The notes beneath the pieces were generated by a model that saw only the letters and a program-made list of their open reading frames with translations, made no database searches and was not told the origin of the DNA. A program made the position numbers and the translations under genes. Positions 12,765 through 25,534 of a DNA stretch of 64,000 nt are shown here, in pieces (the stretch's first letter is position 1; each line of letters opens with the position of its first letter). Source of the stretch: Bigelowiella natans CCMP2755 (lineage: Eukaryota > Protista > Cercozoa); contig ADNK01001198.1 of the NCBI GenBank assembly GCA_000320545.1, forward strand, positions 49,695 to 113,694, given 5' to 3'.

Positions 12765-14998
12765 ATGAGCGAGGAATTCTCCACAATTAAGAAGATTGGA
12801 GAAGGTAGTACTACGCTTTACTTTACATTTACCTGTTAGTGGTGACTAAATTCACTATCTTTTTAATCAGGAACTTTCAGTGAGGTGTACAAAGCAGAAA
12901 GAAAAGATTCCCCTGGCGAAGTAGTAGCTCTCAAAAGGTATGCTTTATAGTACGCAACAAAAATTTGTGACTCCCCCCCCCCCCCCTTCCCCTCTCTCTC
13001 TGTTTGTGTGTGTGCGGGGGTTGTTGATGAATATTGTGCGCCAAAGTAGTATCATCTTAACATATTTAACTTAATCAAAGGATACGTCCCAATTCTTCTC
13101 CTGCGCGGATTCAGAATGAAGTCACAGTTCTCTTCAAACTGGGGTATGATTTTCTCAAATTGCGTACCGCACTTTTCATTGAACAAGTGATAATTGATAG
13201 GGGCCAAAGAAACGTTGCAAAAATACTGCAGTGTATGAGAGAATACGATCGCGTCACCTTGGCTCTGCAATATTTTCCACACAAAAAGTTTAAGGACTAC
13301 TATCTCACAATGTCGGAGGACTTTTACAAGCAGTATTTCTACGCGCTTTTCGAAGCTCTGGATCACTTACATACCCATGGAGTAATCCACAGGGATATAA
13401 AACCAGGAAACTTTCTGTCAGATGGCAAGAATCAATTTCTTTTGGTTGACTATGGTTTGGCGCAAAACGATACATCCTTAAGTGGCGATGACATATCGAC
13501 GATAAAGTTGATTGACATGAAACCTTCAGATAAAACACCGGATGATAGCACAGAATGTTCCAGAGCAGGGCGCAAATCCCATAGAAATGCAACAAAATCA
13601 ACGGAGGAGGCAAGGGATCCTATGCAAAAAAGGAAATTACGTAGAAACAACCCCACCTTACTGCCGAGTTCTTCTTCGCATGCTTCATCCTCACATGATA
13701 TACCGAGGGCAGGCAAGCATTCTAAGAGACGAAGAAGAATGGATATTCGCAATAATAACAACCCAAAATCAAAGCCAACCATTATACTCAGACATAGTCC
13801 CAGATTGAAAAACAAGCAAAGCTTGTTGGCCCCTCAACAGAAACATAGGGTTAGCACGCGTTCATCTTTAAGAAGTAAAAAAGATTTGGAAAAAGAAATC
13901 CTTCAAGAGAGTCGGATGTTAGAACACAGTTCTGATATGAATACTCTTTTAAGCGGTTCCAAATCAAAAAGACACATTAGTAGCAGCTGTACGAGCAGCA
14001 AGATACATCATCATCATATTTCAAGATGGAAAATTATTTCACTGAAAGATGCCCATGAATGGAACTCATCGAGTGGGAAAAGTTTATATTTTCGTGCATT
14101 TAAGACGCCACCATCAAGATCACAAGATAGGCGTGAGGAGAATGAAGTCAAGTTGAAGTTTCATCCTCCCTTACCGAAAAAAAATACTAGTGGGAAAAGA
14201 CGAAGATCAAAAAGGCAAGTTTCTCAAAATATCAGTCAGTATTTTTATCGAATGACCAATAAAATCTTCTTCTTCTTCTTCTTCTTCTTCTTCTTCTCAG
14301 GTTGTTACCATCAGCTCCCAGATCAGGAACAAGGGGCTTCAGAGCACCAGAAGTGCTGTTTCGCGTCCAGCAGCAAACCTCAGGTCGTAAGTATTTATTT
14401 CTCGGATGGATATAGTCACTCTGATGCGTTATTATTCTAACCTCAGCTATCGACGTTTGGTCTGCTGGAGTAATAATGCTATGTATATTGAGCAGACATT
14501 ACCCTTTCTTCAATGCTTCTGGTTCGTCTTCTTATTCATGAATAAATAACATCATGAAAATGGATCAAATTTGAGATGCATGTTGTATACTACTAAATTA
14601 GATGATTTAAGTGCGTTGGCGGAGATAATCCGAATTCACGGTTTTGAGAAAGTCGCAAGCGCTGCAAGGAAGCAGGGGTATTTCTCTTCAACTTCCTTGT
14701 TAATTTGTCTAACTTAAGATTACTCAGGGAGAACATTGGAAATCAAGAACATTGAGGCTCAGGATCAGCGGCCATATCTAACGTACTTCTTCTGCCAATG
14801 ATTGATTTTGGTGCGGCAGATATATAAATCGATGTATATTGTTTTGTTTTCAGAGACTTGGGGGCAAAGTTGAAGGGTTGGCAGAGAAAGGCGTTCAAGT
14901 TCATGATGAAGTGTTTAGCTTTATCGCCAAAATCACGAATTAGGGCAGATCAAGCATTGAAGAATAGTTTTTTGGCACGTAAGATTCCTCGTGACTAG
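12765..14998 (+). CDS. CDC7: CDC7 (DDK) serine/threonine kinase
   Basis: KIGEG|TFSEVYKA, VALKR|IRPNSSPARIQNE, HRDIKPGNFL, LVDYGLAQ, a long kinase insert, then RSGTRGFRAPEVL, AIDVWSAGVI, YPFF, DDLSALAEI. The CDC7-specific GEGTFS and GTRGFRAPE motifs are present. Confidence 0.93.
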
Positions 14999-15219
14999 TG
15001 CAAGAATGATTCCTAGTGGGATCGATTAGGAGGAGCGTATATTAGTAAAACTTCTGAAATTTTATGATGCGGGGATGTAAAATTATTAGAGTCGTAGTCA
15101 TAATTTGACGCCTGATCGCTGTTGTGCTACTGCCTACGTTGATACGGAAGCGATTTGATTCCAATGTTAAAATACATTGCGCAAGATTAGATTAGTATAC
15201 AATCTTATTGTGCATTTGA

Positions 15220-16010
15220 CTTGCTAGCATGGCACGAAGTGTGCGTGGATGCTTGTTTCCACATTGCATGAGAAGCACAATACATGATAGCATCAAGGCC
15301 ATGAATGTACATCGTATCTCGAGCATACTAGCATAGCTAGATAGCTAGATAGCAGTAGCGCCAGCTAGAGTGCATGATGCATTTTCGATCATGTGTGAGA
15401 CGGATATGGCGATCATGTTAAGTAAGACTAGCATTATGTGTGACTAACAAGCTAGCAAGCTATGCTGATCTAGCTAGCTAGCTGTACACGCGCTATCGTA
15501 GCTAAATGGCATTTTAAATAATGCATGCTAGCATGGCATAAGATGCTCGATCGCGTGATTCGATCGTTACCGCGCAGATGCAAGCGATGCCTATTGCGTT
15601 ACTTCATTATACCGCTTACAGCATCGTCAGTGCATGGCTATACCACCGCTAGACTGGCATACTATCCAGTCACACAATGTCACGCAAGCTTCGGGTTCCT
15701 CTCGCGCATAAACGTAACAAGTCGCACCGTATTCTAAAGCAATGTATGTGTACATTAACTAAGCGAGCAACATACCTGCATGTGCATATATAGCATATTT
15801 TGAATATGTTGAGAGGGGGGGAGAGCTAGACTAGAGAGAGGGGGGGAGGGGGGAGATAGCTACGCAGGAGATAGCTACACCGTCAGCGTGCCAGGCACAC
15901 ATAGGGCATGGCTGTCCTTCAGCTACACTGCGGACGACCAATCGCATTAACACTGAGCTAATGCGTATCGTCACGGTGAATACATGTTACTGTTAGTTAC
16001 TTAGTGATCT
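15220..16010. other. CTAG/palindrome-rich intergenic island 2 (convergent: CDC7 and TrpRS)
   Basis: About 14 CTAG, including ctagctagctag at 15470. CATGCTAGCATG at 15524. G-runs at 15814-15853. Confidence 0.8.
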
Positions 16011-16064
16011 CAGTTATAGTTTGGAGTGATCAACGGGGCACCAAATCTTTGTCCTACGATACAG

Positions 16065-18280
16065 TTACGCCTTGACTGTTTTTTGTGTGATCTCAGCTAG
16101 GGTTGTGAAGCCCATTGCCTGTTTGGCCCATGTGGAAGTAGCACTTGCAATCTCGTTGGCAGCATTCGCTCCATCCTCGAGTACGGATCCTAGAATCTCT
16201 GGTTCCTTGGTTACCTATGATGAAAGGAAATTAATTCAGTTTAGCTCACAGAAAAATATTCCAGTGAATGTTTGCACACGTGAGAGAAATGCATACTTGT
16301 GTGCGAATTATGCATGCATGCACAGAGGCTATCACACCTCGTCATATTTTTCGCGAATAGGCTTGAGTTTCTCAACCATTGCATCGGCTACAAGTGGTTT
16401 GAATTGCCCCCAACTTAGATCCTGCACTTCGTTCAGAAGCTCTTCCACCGGCCGATCTGTTGCGGCACTGTAGATGTTAAGCAGATTGGTTGCTTCAGGA
16501 CGCTCCTTATTTCCATATTCAATTCCCAGCAAGGAATCCGTCTTACAGCGCTTGATTTTTTCACTGATTTCATCTGCAGTATCGAGAAGGTTTATACGGG
16601 ACAGGTCCGAGGTGGCTGACTTTGACATCTGATGTGAATAGAGTGGTGGTGAAGAAGCATAATCTGTCTATAGCCATATGGAATCCAAACACCCAAAGAA
16701 ATGCAAGTTTTCCTTTTTCACATCCTGTTATCTCTTTCCTCTCCTTTCTTCTACATTCCTACGACACACCAACCTACCTTATTTGTGCCGTCCTGCAGTG
16801 ACATTATCCTAGCAGTGGTTTTCGATAAAAGTGCTTCAGGCTCTTTAAACACGGGTCTTGAGGTGCCCCGCAGCTTCTTTGCTTGGTTTCCTTTGCAATA
16901 TTGGTCGTTGAACCTGTTTTTATTTATTTTTACCAATTCGGCTCTTTCTTATGAAGTATGATAAGTCTGATAAACAACCTTCTTGCAATATCTCGAGTAA
17001 GCTCCAGATGCTGGCGCTGGTCTTCTCCGACTGGTACTAAATCAGCCTACAAATTCCGATAATTCGTGATTTTTGCGTGTTTGTGATTCATCTTTACATA
17101 AATACGTTTTGAACCATTACCTGATACAATAAAATGTCACTCGCCATGAGAACTGGGTAGTCCAACAATCCTACGGAAACGTTTTCTCCCTGTTTACGAG
17201 CTTTTTCTTTGAACTGTATCATCCTGGAACAACCATATGATGAAGGGCATTATTATTTGCTGTTGGTGACTGGGAAAATAATACGAGAAAACGGTTTGAT
17301 TTTGAGACGCACACTGAATACAGATGTATGTGTATATAGATATGCAACAGGTGTGACGTGCAGGCAGCACCTCTCCAACCAATTGAGCGGTGTGGCGCAG
17401 TTGAGCAGCCAGGTTAGCTCAGCATGCGCAGGTACATGGGACTGAACAAATATCTTAGACTTTTCCGGATCGATCCCACATGCTAAGTATAAAGCTGCAG
17501 TCTGCATGACAGACTTCTTGAGCTCCTTAGGTTGGTGCGGAACTGATAGGTTCATCGTGTGTGAAGAGTAAAAACAGCAATTACAGATAATATCAGCACA
17601 TAGATCCCACAATCACTTGCTAGATTTTGAGCAGACCTGTAATAGCGTGGAGATCGACAATAAAAAAGAAGTTCTGAAAGAATATATACATTTCCGCATT
17701 TATGTGAACCAAAATCCTGATGCATTTAATTGATTGATTAGACGAAGAATCACCTCCCACGTATCCTGGTTATCAACCCATTGTTTGATAGCCCCGAAGT
17801 AATTGCCAATGTGCAATACTCCTGTCGGCTGTACGCCTATACAGATGCAAAAATTATGGATATGGAATTATTTGGTATTGGGCTGTGATTAGTGGGAGTA
17901 GCAGGTAGGGTAGTACCTGAAATGACCCTTTTCTTTCGTTCAGGCTGCTTTGCTGCTGACTCCGGTGCTGCTGTAGCAGCAGCAGCACATGAAGAGAATC
18001 GTCGCAAAGGCAAGATATTTGATCTACGCGACATCGATGCTACTCTCAGGGCTCTTTGACTAGCTCCCATCCTAACTGACATCGCACTGCTGCTACTGCT
18101 GGTGGTGGTGCTGCAGAGAGACCGAAGAAGCCGTGGTGGACCTACATTATACTCAAATTTGTATTGACTTATTATGATTTGGATTGATGAATTACCTTTG
18201 AGTACACCAACGAAAGCCATAGTTAGAAGGACTATACAAACTGCTGCTTGGGAGCGAGATAAATGTGAGTTCATTCGCAT
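16065..18280 (-). CDS. trpS: Organellar (bacterial/cyanobacterial-type) tryptophanyl-tRNA synthetase with bipartite leader
   Basis: RVISG|[83 protein letters not shown]|MSKS (HIGH and KMSKS equivalents). Another in-frame ATG lies upstream at 18379. Confidence 0.95.
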
Positions 18281-18569
18281 CACCACGTGGCGTTCGTTGA
18301 TGCTGCAGCCACAGTTCGTGGTGTTGGATCTCACGTCGCCGTTGGCTCTATGAACCAATGAGAAATCGTTGTCGTTCATTTAGAATACATAAGAAACAAA
18401 CAGAAAATAAAACCCAAGGTTGCACACGCGCCTTTTGGGTTGTCGCAGTTGGAAGAACCACCTGCACACAGTTATTCTTATGTAAATACCCGATATCTAT
18501 CCGGGATTCCCGATAAAAACCGGCCTAATTTTGTGAAGGTAATATTCATTCGCACTCCGCTCGCGCATC
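18281..18569. promoter_or_regulatory. Putative bidirectional promoter for TrpRS and EF-Tu
   Basis: Under 300 bp between divergent starts, with no CTAG island. Contains cccgatatctatccgggattcccgataaaaaccgg. Confidence 0.5.
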
Positions 18570-19841
18570 ATGGCCGTCCGTAAAGCGTTCAGGATTCCTA
18601 GCCTGCAGATATTCAGAAGATCTACCACCACCGCTCAAACTTTTCGGAGGCTTTTTTCCACTTTCGAACGAAAGAAGCCTCATATTAATATTGGGACTAT
18701 TGGACATGTAGACCATGGCAAAACCAGTTTGACAGCTGCTATTACAAAGGTTCTCTCAGACCAGGACCTTGCCCAATTTAAGGACTACTCGTCAATTGAT
18801 CAGGCTCCTGAAGAGAAAGCACGTGGTATTACGATTAACTCTGCTACAGTCGAGTACGAAACAGAGAATCGGCACTACGGCCATGTAGATTGTCCCGGGC
18901 ATGCGGATTATGTCAAAAACATGATTACAGGAGCTGCGCAAATGGAAGGTGCTATCCTTGTTGTGTCTGCAACAGATGGCCCAATGCCGCAAACCCGAGA
19001 GCATGTTCTTCTTGCTCGGCAGGTCGGCGTGCCGCATCTTGTTGTCTTCCTGAATAAGTGTGATCAAGTCGATGATGAAGAGCTTCTTGAACTCGTGGAA
19101 ATGGAGATAAGGGAGCTTTTGGAAAAGTATGAATTTGATGCAGATGGAACTCCTATTGTCCGTGGATCTGCTCTATGCGCTCTAGAGAGTCGTGACGATC
19201 ACCTGGGCAAGGACGCTATTCTGGAGTTGATGAAGCAATGCGATGACTACATCCCAGTCGGTAAGCTTCCAGTGGAGGGCGATTTCTACATGCCCGTCGA
19301 GAGTGTCTTCGCAATTGCGGGGCGTGGTACTGTTGCAACTGGCCGAATAGAGCGTGGCCTTCTTAAAGTTGGTAACCCTGTTGAGCTTGTTGGAATTAAA
19401 GAGACTCTTAAGTCTACTTGCACTGGAGTAGAGATGTTCCGCAAAATGCTTGACCAAGGTCAGGCAGGGGACAATGTTGGGTGCTTACTACGAGGTCTTA
19501 AGCGCGAAGAGATACAGCGTGGTATGGTAATTTGCGAACCTGGTACTCAGAAAGCGTACAAGAAGTTTAAGTGCCAGATCTATGTTCTCACCCAAGAAGA
19601 AGGAGGACGCCACACACCATTTTTCGCAAAATACAGCCCACAATTCTTCTTCCGTACAGCTGATGTTACAGGTTATGTATCAGAGCTTCCTGCAGATACA
19701 GAGATGGTCATGCCAGGTGACACAGTCGAAGTAACCGTTGAACTTCTCAACCCTGCAGTAATGGAGAAACAGCTACGCTTTGCACTTCGCGAGGGAGGAA
19801 AGACTGTAGGAGCTGGAATTGTGACAGAGGTCATCGAGTAA
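18570..19841 (+). CDS. TUFM: Mitochondrial elongation factor Tu, intronless
   Basis: 423-aa ORF with [22 protein letters not shown] and GGRHTPF. The N-terminus is Arg/Ser/Thr-rich and acid-free ([30 protein letters not shown]), typical of a mitochondrial presequence. Confidence 0.96.
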   Translation: MAVRKAFRIPSLQIFRRSTTTAQTFRRLFSTFERKKPHINIGTIGHVDHGKTSLTAAITKVLSDQDLAQFKDYSSIDQAPEEKARGITINSATVEYETENRHYGHVDCPGHADYVKNMITGAAQMEGAILVVSATDGPMPQTREHVLLARQVGVPHLVVFLNKCDQVDDEELLELVEMEIRELLEKYEFDADGTPIVRGSALCALESRDDHLGKDAILELMKQCDDYIPVGKLPVEGDFYMPVESVFAIAGRGTVATGRIERGLLKVGNPVELVGIKETLKSTCTGVEMFRKMLDQGQAGDNVGCLLRGLKREEIQRGMVICEPGTQKAYKKFKCQIYVLTQEEGGRHTPFFAKYSPQFFFRTADVTGYVSELPADTEMVMPGDTVEVTVELLNPAVMEKQLRFALREGGKTVGAGIVTEVIE

Positions 19842-20059
19842 GAAAGAGGAGGAAGAGAGTGAGTGAATGAAGAAATTGATCAATACTCACTAATCCAGCC
19901 CCACACCGTCAGTAGAAGATAGATAGTGAATATCAGTGATTCTTACTTGAGCACGACTCGGGAACAATTTGCGGAATTGAAGTGCCATAAATTTGTTGTT
20001 GCTGCATTAATTGAGACCAGAGGTTTGCACACTACTCTCATAGCAAGGAAGTGGTATTT

Positions 20060-20890
20060 CTACTACGCACAGCTTTGCTACGAATGAATACACCTTTATT
20101 TGCATAACAAGGACCAGTGTCAGGGTGTATTATACATAGCTTGTTCACAAGCTACAACTTGTACGACATGTATTTGTATCGTATCGTGCATACTTGCGTA
20201 CATATCATATCAATTGGTGAATTATGCGTGGCGCATAGTAATGAAGATATGCTGCATGAGCGAACGATACGTATATACCATATAATCTAGATATAGCGGT
20301 TGTGCGTGCTAGCGTGGAGTGTGTGCGATATGCGGTGCCGTGTTGTCTAGTTGTACGCGATATTACTTTACTTCGATGCGGTACAGGTGTGCGCTTATTA
20401 GTATATATCTGTAGTACAACCATCGAATCATCGGCTATAGATTATCGTGTCAGTATAGTACGACAGTGTTGGCTGTCGATCGATCACCACAGCTGTGACG
20501 CATGCATATTGCAGCATGCTAGTATGCGCTACGCTATCTAGCTATATATGGCAAGTACGATACAGCAGGCTAGCAGGGGCAGTGTGGTTATCTAGATATG
20601 TACAGTTGTAGCACGCAGTTGTACTGCTGGTAGCATCGCATGTCGATGGCAGAAAAATATATGTACTGTTGCTTTGTGCTAGGCGAGGCACGAGGCAGGT
20701 AGCGCGACTGCCATCTACATACGCTGCTGGGCTATGTATGAGGTGATTACCGACTTTATTAAGGTCAAAGCCACAGCAAGCGAGGCTGTATGTAGTCCAA
20801 CAGCGTATCATGTCGAGCATTAAATAAAACATAAATGCGTACAGCATGCTAGCATGGCCAACAGCCCATCGTGCTAGCTAGGCACTGTAA
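20060..20890. other. CTAG/palindrome-rich intergenic island 3 (convergent: EF-Tu and VPS50)
   Basis: About 11 CTAG plus many GCATGC, TGCA and GTAC. CATGCTAGCATG at 20845. Confidence 0.75.
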
Positions 20891-20938
20891 TTGTGTAATC
20901 GATGGTGCAAAGCTTTCTGTCATAATTTGGCAGTTGAA

Positions 20939-22640
20939 TTATCTGTCCATTACGAATTCGTCGATCTTTGCCTCAACAGCAGCTGTAAACGCCCTTCTGT
21001 TTCTAGCAAATTCCCCTCCCTTAAAAACTGACTCGATTCGTTGAAGAAACTTTTCCCTTCGCTTGGTCCTCATATTTACTCCTGCCCCTAGGAGTGCGAC
21101 GTTGTGATACTGAGAGAATGAATAACCTGGATGCTCTGCAACCCATTTGCATAAATCATCCTCTGGTAGGTAGAATGCCTGTATGTAGTTGTTGTTATTG
21201 TTGTTATTTCAATGGGATGTTGCAAGATGTCTAAGGTACTAATAAATGGCTGATGATTTGGGAGACAACAAGAAGAAGAACAACTCTCTTTTCTCGAATT
21301 AATACATTCAGTAGAAGAGGAGCACTACCTTTACAAAATCATTAGCATATTCCCACAACGGCATAACCTTGAGGTGGTTATTAGGCACTATGCGAGCCAC
21401 TTGGCTACGAAGTACATTAAGATCTAAGGACATCGAAGCTCGTCCTTCCGTTGTACAACGCTTTATGCGTGAATAACCATAAACAAGTACACGCATAATA
21501 TATGCCATTGCTTCTCGATATACAAATCCCTCTATACGGAGAGGTAAGGCCCCATGAGCGCCAACTACTGCTATTGCGTCTCGTATTTCGGAAACCAACG
21601 TGTCTATATACCTAAGAGTAGTAGTAGTAGTAGTAGTAGTAGTATCACGTTAATAATCGTACGACTAAATAAATACAGCGAACATGACGACGAAGTGCCT
21701 TTGAGATGACGAATCTATTAATACATAACATATAAACATATATATATTCTTGTATATAGGTAATTAGTCGTGTGTTAAGATAGGGTATTGCTGTTGCAGC
21801 ATTATTGACGTATAGTTTAGTATCCGTTCATTCTCCATCATCCATCATAATCAATGATGGATAATGAGGATGATGATGACGAAGAAGAAATCTCAAGGAT
21901 TCTTTCCTCCTCCTCTTTCTTCTTCATTTTCTTCTTCTTCTTCTTCTTCACAAACACAGCATGCTGAGGTATCGATCAGCTTACGTATGGTGACGGCTAG
22001 TGAGCTCATTGACATCCCATTTACACGAAGTTATAACCTAATTCAATTATATCTATTGATTGTCTTTCATTCCATTCATCCAGATGAGGAAGGAGTCATC
22101 GTCATCATTACCATCATCATTGTCGTCGTCATCGTCATCATTACCATCATCATTGTCGTCGTCATCGTCATCATTACCATCATCATTGTCGTCGTCATCG
22201 TCATCATTACCATCATCATTGTCGTCGTCATCGTCATCATTACCATCATCATTGTCGTCGTCATCATTTTAATTACCATATATCAGAGCTCTTACTACTG
22301 GTTGCAATGTTAAAATAATAATATTGACCTTGGTGAGAGAAGCTTTTTCCTTAATAAAGAGACTTGAGATGGTTTTGAATGTTCTTATGCGTAGCTCTCT
22401 ACACAGCGCAATGGTGTGTGTTTCGAACAAGTCCACACGTGAGGAGGTATCTGTGGTGGTGGTGGTGGTGATACTGCTGCTTTTGTTGTTATTTCCCATG
22501 GCTGCTGCTATTTGCAACCTCCCTTTCATGGATTGTATGACACGGACAAGAAACACCACACTTTCAGCAGCATTAAGCCTCTCGTTGTAGCCGCGTAAAT
22601 TCATTCTACTCTTCAAGTCAACCTTCAACAGCAGCAGCCA

Positions 22641-22674
<34 letters not shown>

Positions 22675-22747
22675 GGTGGTAGTAGTAGTAGTATGTGATG
22701 TGTGCATGGATGATGAGCATGTGGTATATCGTTATTTGGCTATATGA

Positions 22748-22781
<34 letters not shown>

Positions 22782-22802
22782 GAACACACAGCACACACAG
22801 CA

Positions 22803-22856
<54 letters not shown>

Positions 22857-23970
22857 CACAAACACAGTGTAAGTAGGTAGGAAGATATATAGTGATAGAT
22901 AGATATCCTACAAACACGAAAATTCAATACCCAGGGAGGGAAGGAGTATCATGCCACTACTACAACTAGTTACAATACTATACTACTACTGCAACGTAGG
23001 TAGTACCTTTTCATTGATAGAAACCAATGCCGGTATTATCTGTTGTTGGTGATTTGGAGAACCTGAGGAAGATAACCCCCCCCCGAACTCGAAAAAGCTG
23101 GTGGTACTGATCAGTGCAGGGTTCTTCTTCTTACGTAGGCGTGATGCTGCTGCTGCTGCTACTGCAACTTTCATTAGATGTTGGGGAGAAGATGATGATG
23201 CTGATGACGACTGTGTAATTGATAAGTGATCTCCCCCTCCTCTTTCTATATGCTGCAGCTTTTCCTTTTCTTCTCCGTTGTCAGTACTACGGTTTATGCT
23301 GCTACCACCATTAGCAGAAGTCATTCCATGATCAAATGATCCTTTACCATTTGTTTTCTTGCTTTTTCTGTCCTTATTATTGAATATAAGTGCAGATCCG
23401 AAAGCACCGGCATCAACTTCACCCCGAACCCGCTCGATGAGTTTTGAAAGTAAATCGTAAGGAATTTTGTTATCACCACCGCCGCCACCACCATCGCCTA
23501 ATATTAGTAGCACAAACAAACAAATAAACAAAGAAACACAGATGTTTGTTCTACTTCCAATGAAAACTCCATCATTATCATCATTATCATCATCATTATC
23601 ACCATAATTACCGATGGTGGATTTGTTGTCATGAGCACATCCTAGCAACTCTTCTGGATTGAGGGAGAAGAAAGATATGACCTGAATGGAGATATCAACA
23701 ACATCATACCATTAAAAACAAGCAATCATCACCACCAACATCATATGCTCTAACCAGGACATAGCGATATTGTTAGTGTTCTGCTTTTATACTATAAATC
23801 CTTAAATCTGTAAGTTCTCGTGATTATGATATATCCTCACCGTGTAGACGTAAAGATCAAATAGTTGTTGCAGTCCTGTGAGCAGTGCGGAAGATGACTC
23901 TGGAAACGCCTCCATGAGTCTCATATACCTTTAGATCAACAAGAACAAACAAGTTGTAGTAGCTATTACT

Positions 23971-24005
<35 letters not shown>

Positions 24006-24283
24006 GATAATATTTACTACTACTACTACTACTTGTACTACTGTTACTACAATGCACTATCACCTTCCCATCAATTGTGCTGCTTTGATCGTAACTGATA
24101 CAACTATAACGGGAGATGATGGTTCCCCTCCTCCTCCACCTCCTCCCCCCGCTGCTGAGCCATTATTGTTGTCTTGCTTCTCCTCCTCCTCCTCCACCAC
24201 CTCCTCCTTGGGTTGACTATTACTCCTTGAATCACAAGTTACTACAACTTTTCCCTCTCCGTCTCCTATAAACAAATAAATAA

Positions 24284-24334
<51 letters not shown>

Positions 24335-25501
24335 CCATCATCATCATCACCACCATTATTTATTAGTATTATTTCATTATTACCATGGTTTGAGGATTCT
24401 ATTCTATTTTTGTTGTGATCATTATCAGGTGGTGATGATGATGATGATGATGGAAGTGGTTTCTCTCCCCCTTTTGCTTTGACCTGACAAAGAAGAACCA
24501 TCATCACCATCATATTGATATTATTGTGAGAGTGGTAGTCACATCATTCTGTGATGATTGAAAAAACCTATCACTATTCCTTCTAACTACTGACAAAATC
24601 TCTCCAAATAACCACCAGCACCAGCAGCAGCAGCAGCAGCAGCACGTACCCCTCCTCCTTCTTTTCCTTGATCTGAGATTGAAAAGAGCTCTTTTCCCTT
24701 AAGAAAGAGCTCAAACAATTCATCTCTATCACAGTTGTAACTTCGTTTGAGACTGATAATTCCTTGTGATGATGATGATGATGATGTTGTAGATTGCTGC
24801 TTCAGATCTGGTATTACTTCCGATGGCGAAATGTCCTTGAGCAATGGTAGCCTCCTCCATGTTTCATTACCCAACATCGATCGTAATCGTCTAATGTACC
24901 AACCAACCAATCAATCAATCATTCAATATATAAATATGATTTGGAAAATAACATTTCTTATGATGATCTTTAAGGGAATAACTAAAAAAATGAACGTTAT
25001 CGTCACTATCATGTCATTTGTTCTCTACATACTCGAATGATTGTACGTGAAACTTCTGAAAATACTCCTCAGACTTCATCTGCTCGATCAACATCAACCA
25101 TACACCAAATAAATCTTATTAGTTTAGCTACAATCACTCGAAAATAACTAGAGCTGCTGCTGCTATTACTAGAACTAGTACTGCTACTCCTATAATTATT
25201 TCTTTAACCTTCACTGCGTTTCTTAAACTTGCAGAATGATCGCTCGTAGACTTGGTCAGTTGTTCTCCAATCACAACAAATCTGCCAATATTCCATGGTT
25301 AAAATTAGAAAGAAATCTGTTCTACATCATCTGCAATAATTAGTGAAACCATCATGTGTCATCATTCGCTTAACATCATCATCAACAAAAACAACTGACC
25401 TATCAGCTGCTGTGAGAATATGTAAGAAATCCTGTACGGGTAAAGAGGTTGTGTCCATTTGCACGGAGGCTATGACGTTCCCTAACTGAGGAGGTGTAAG
25501 A

Positions 25502-25534
<33 letters not shown>

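Noticed and set aside
16065-19841. Bacterial contamination or recent bacterial insertion (trpS plus tuf)
   Set aside because: TrpRS has spliceosomal introns and both genes carry eukaryotic targeting leaders.
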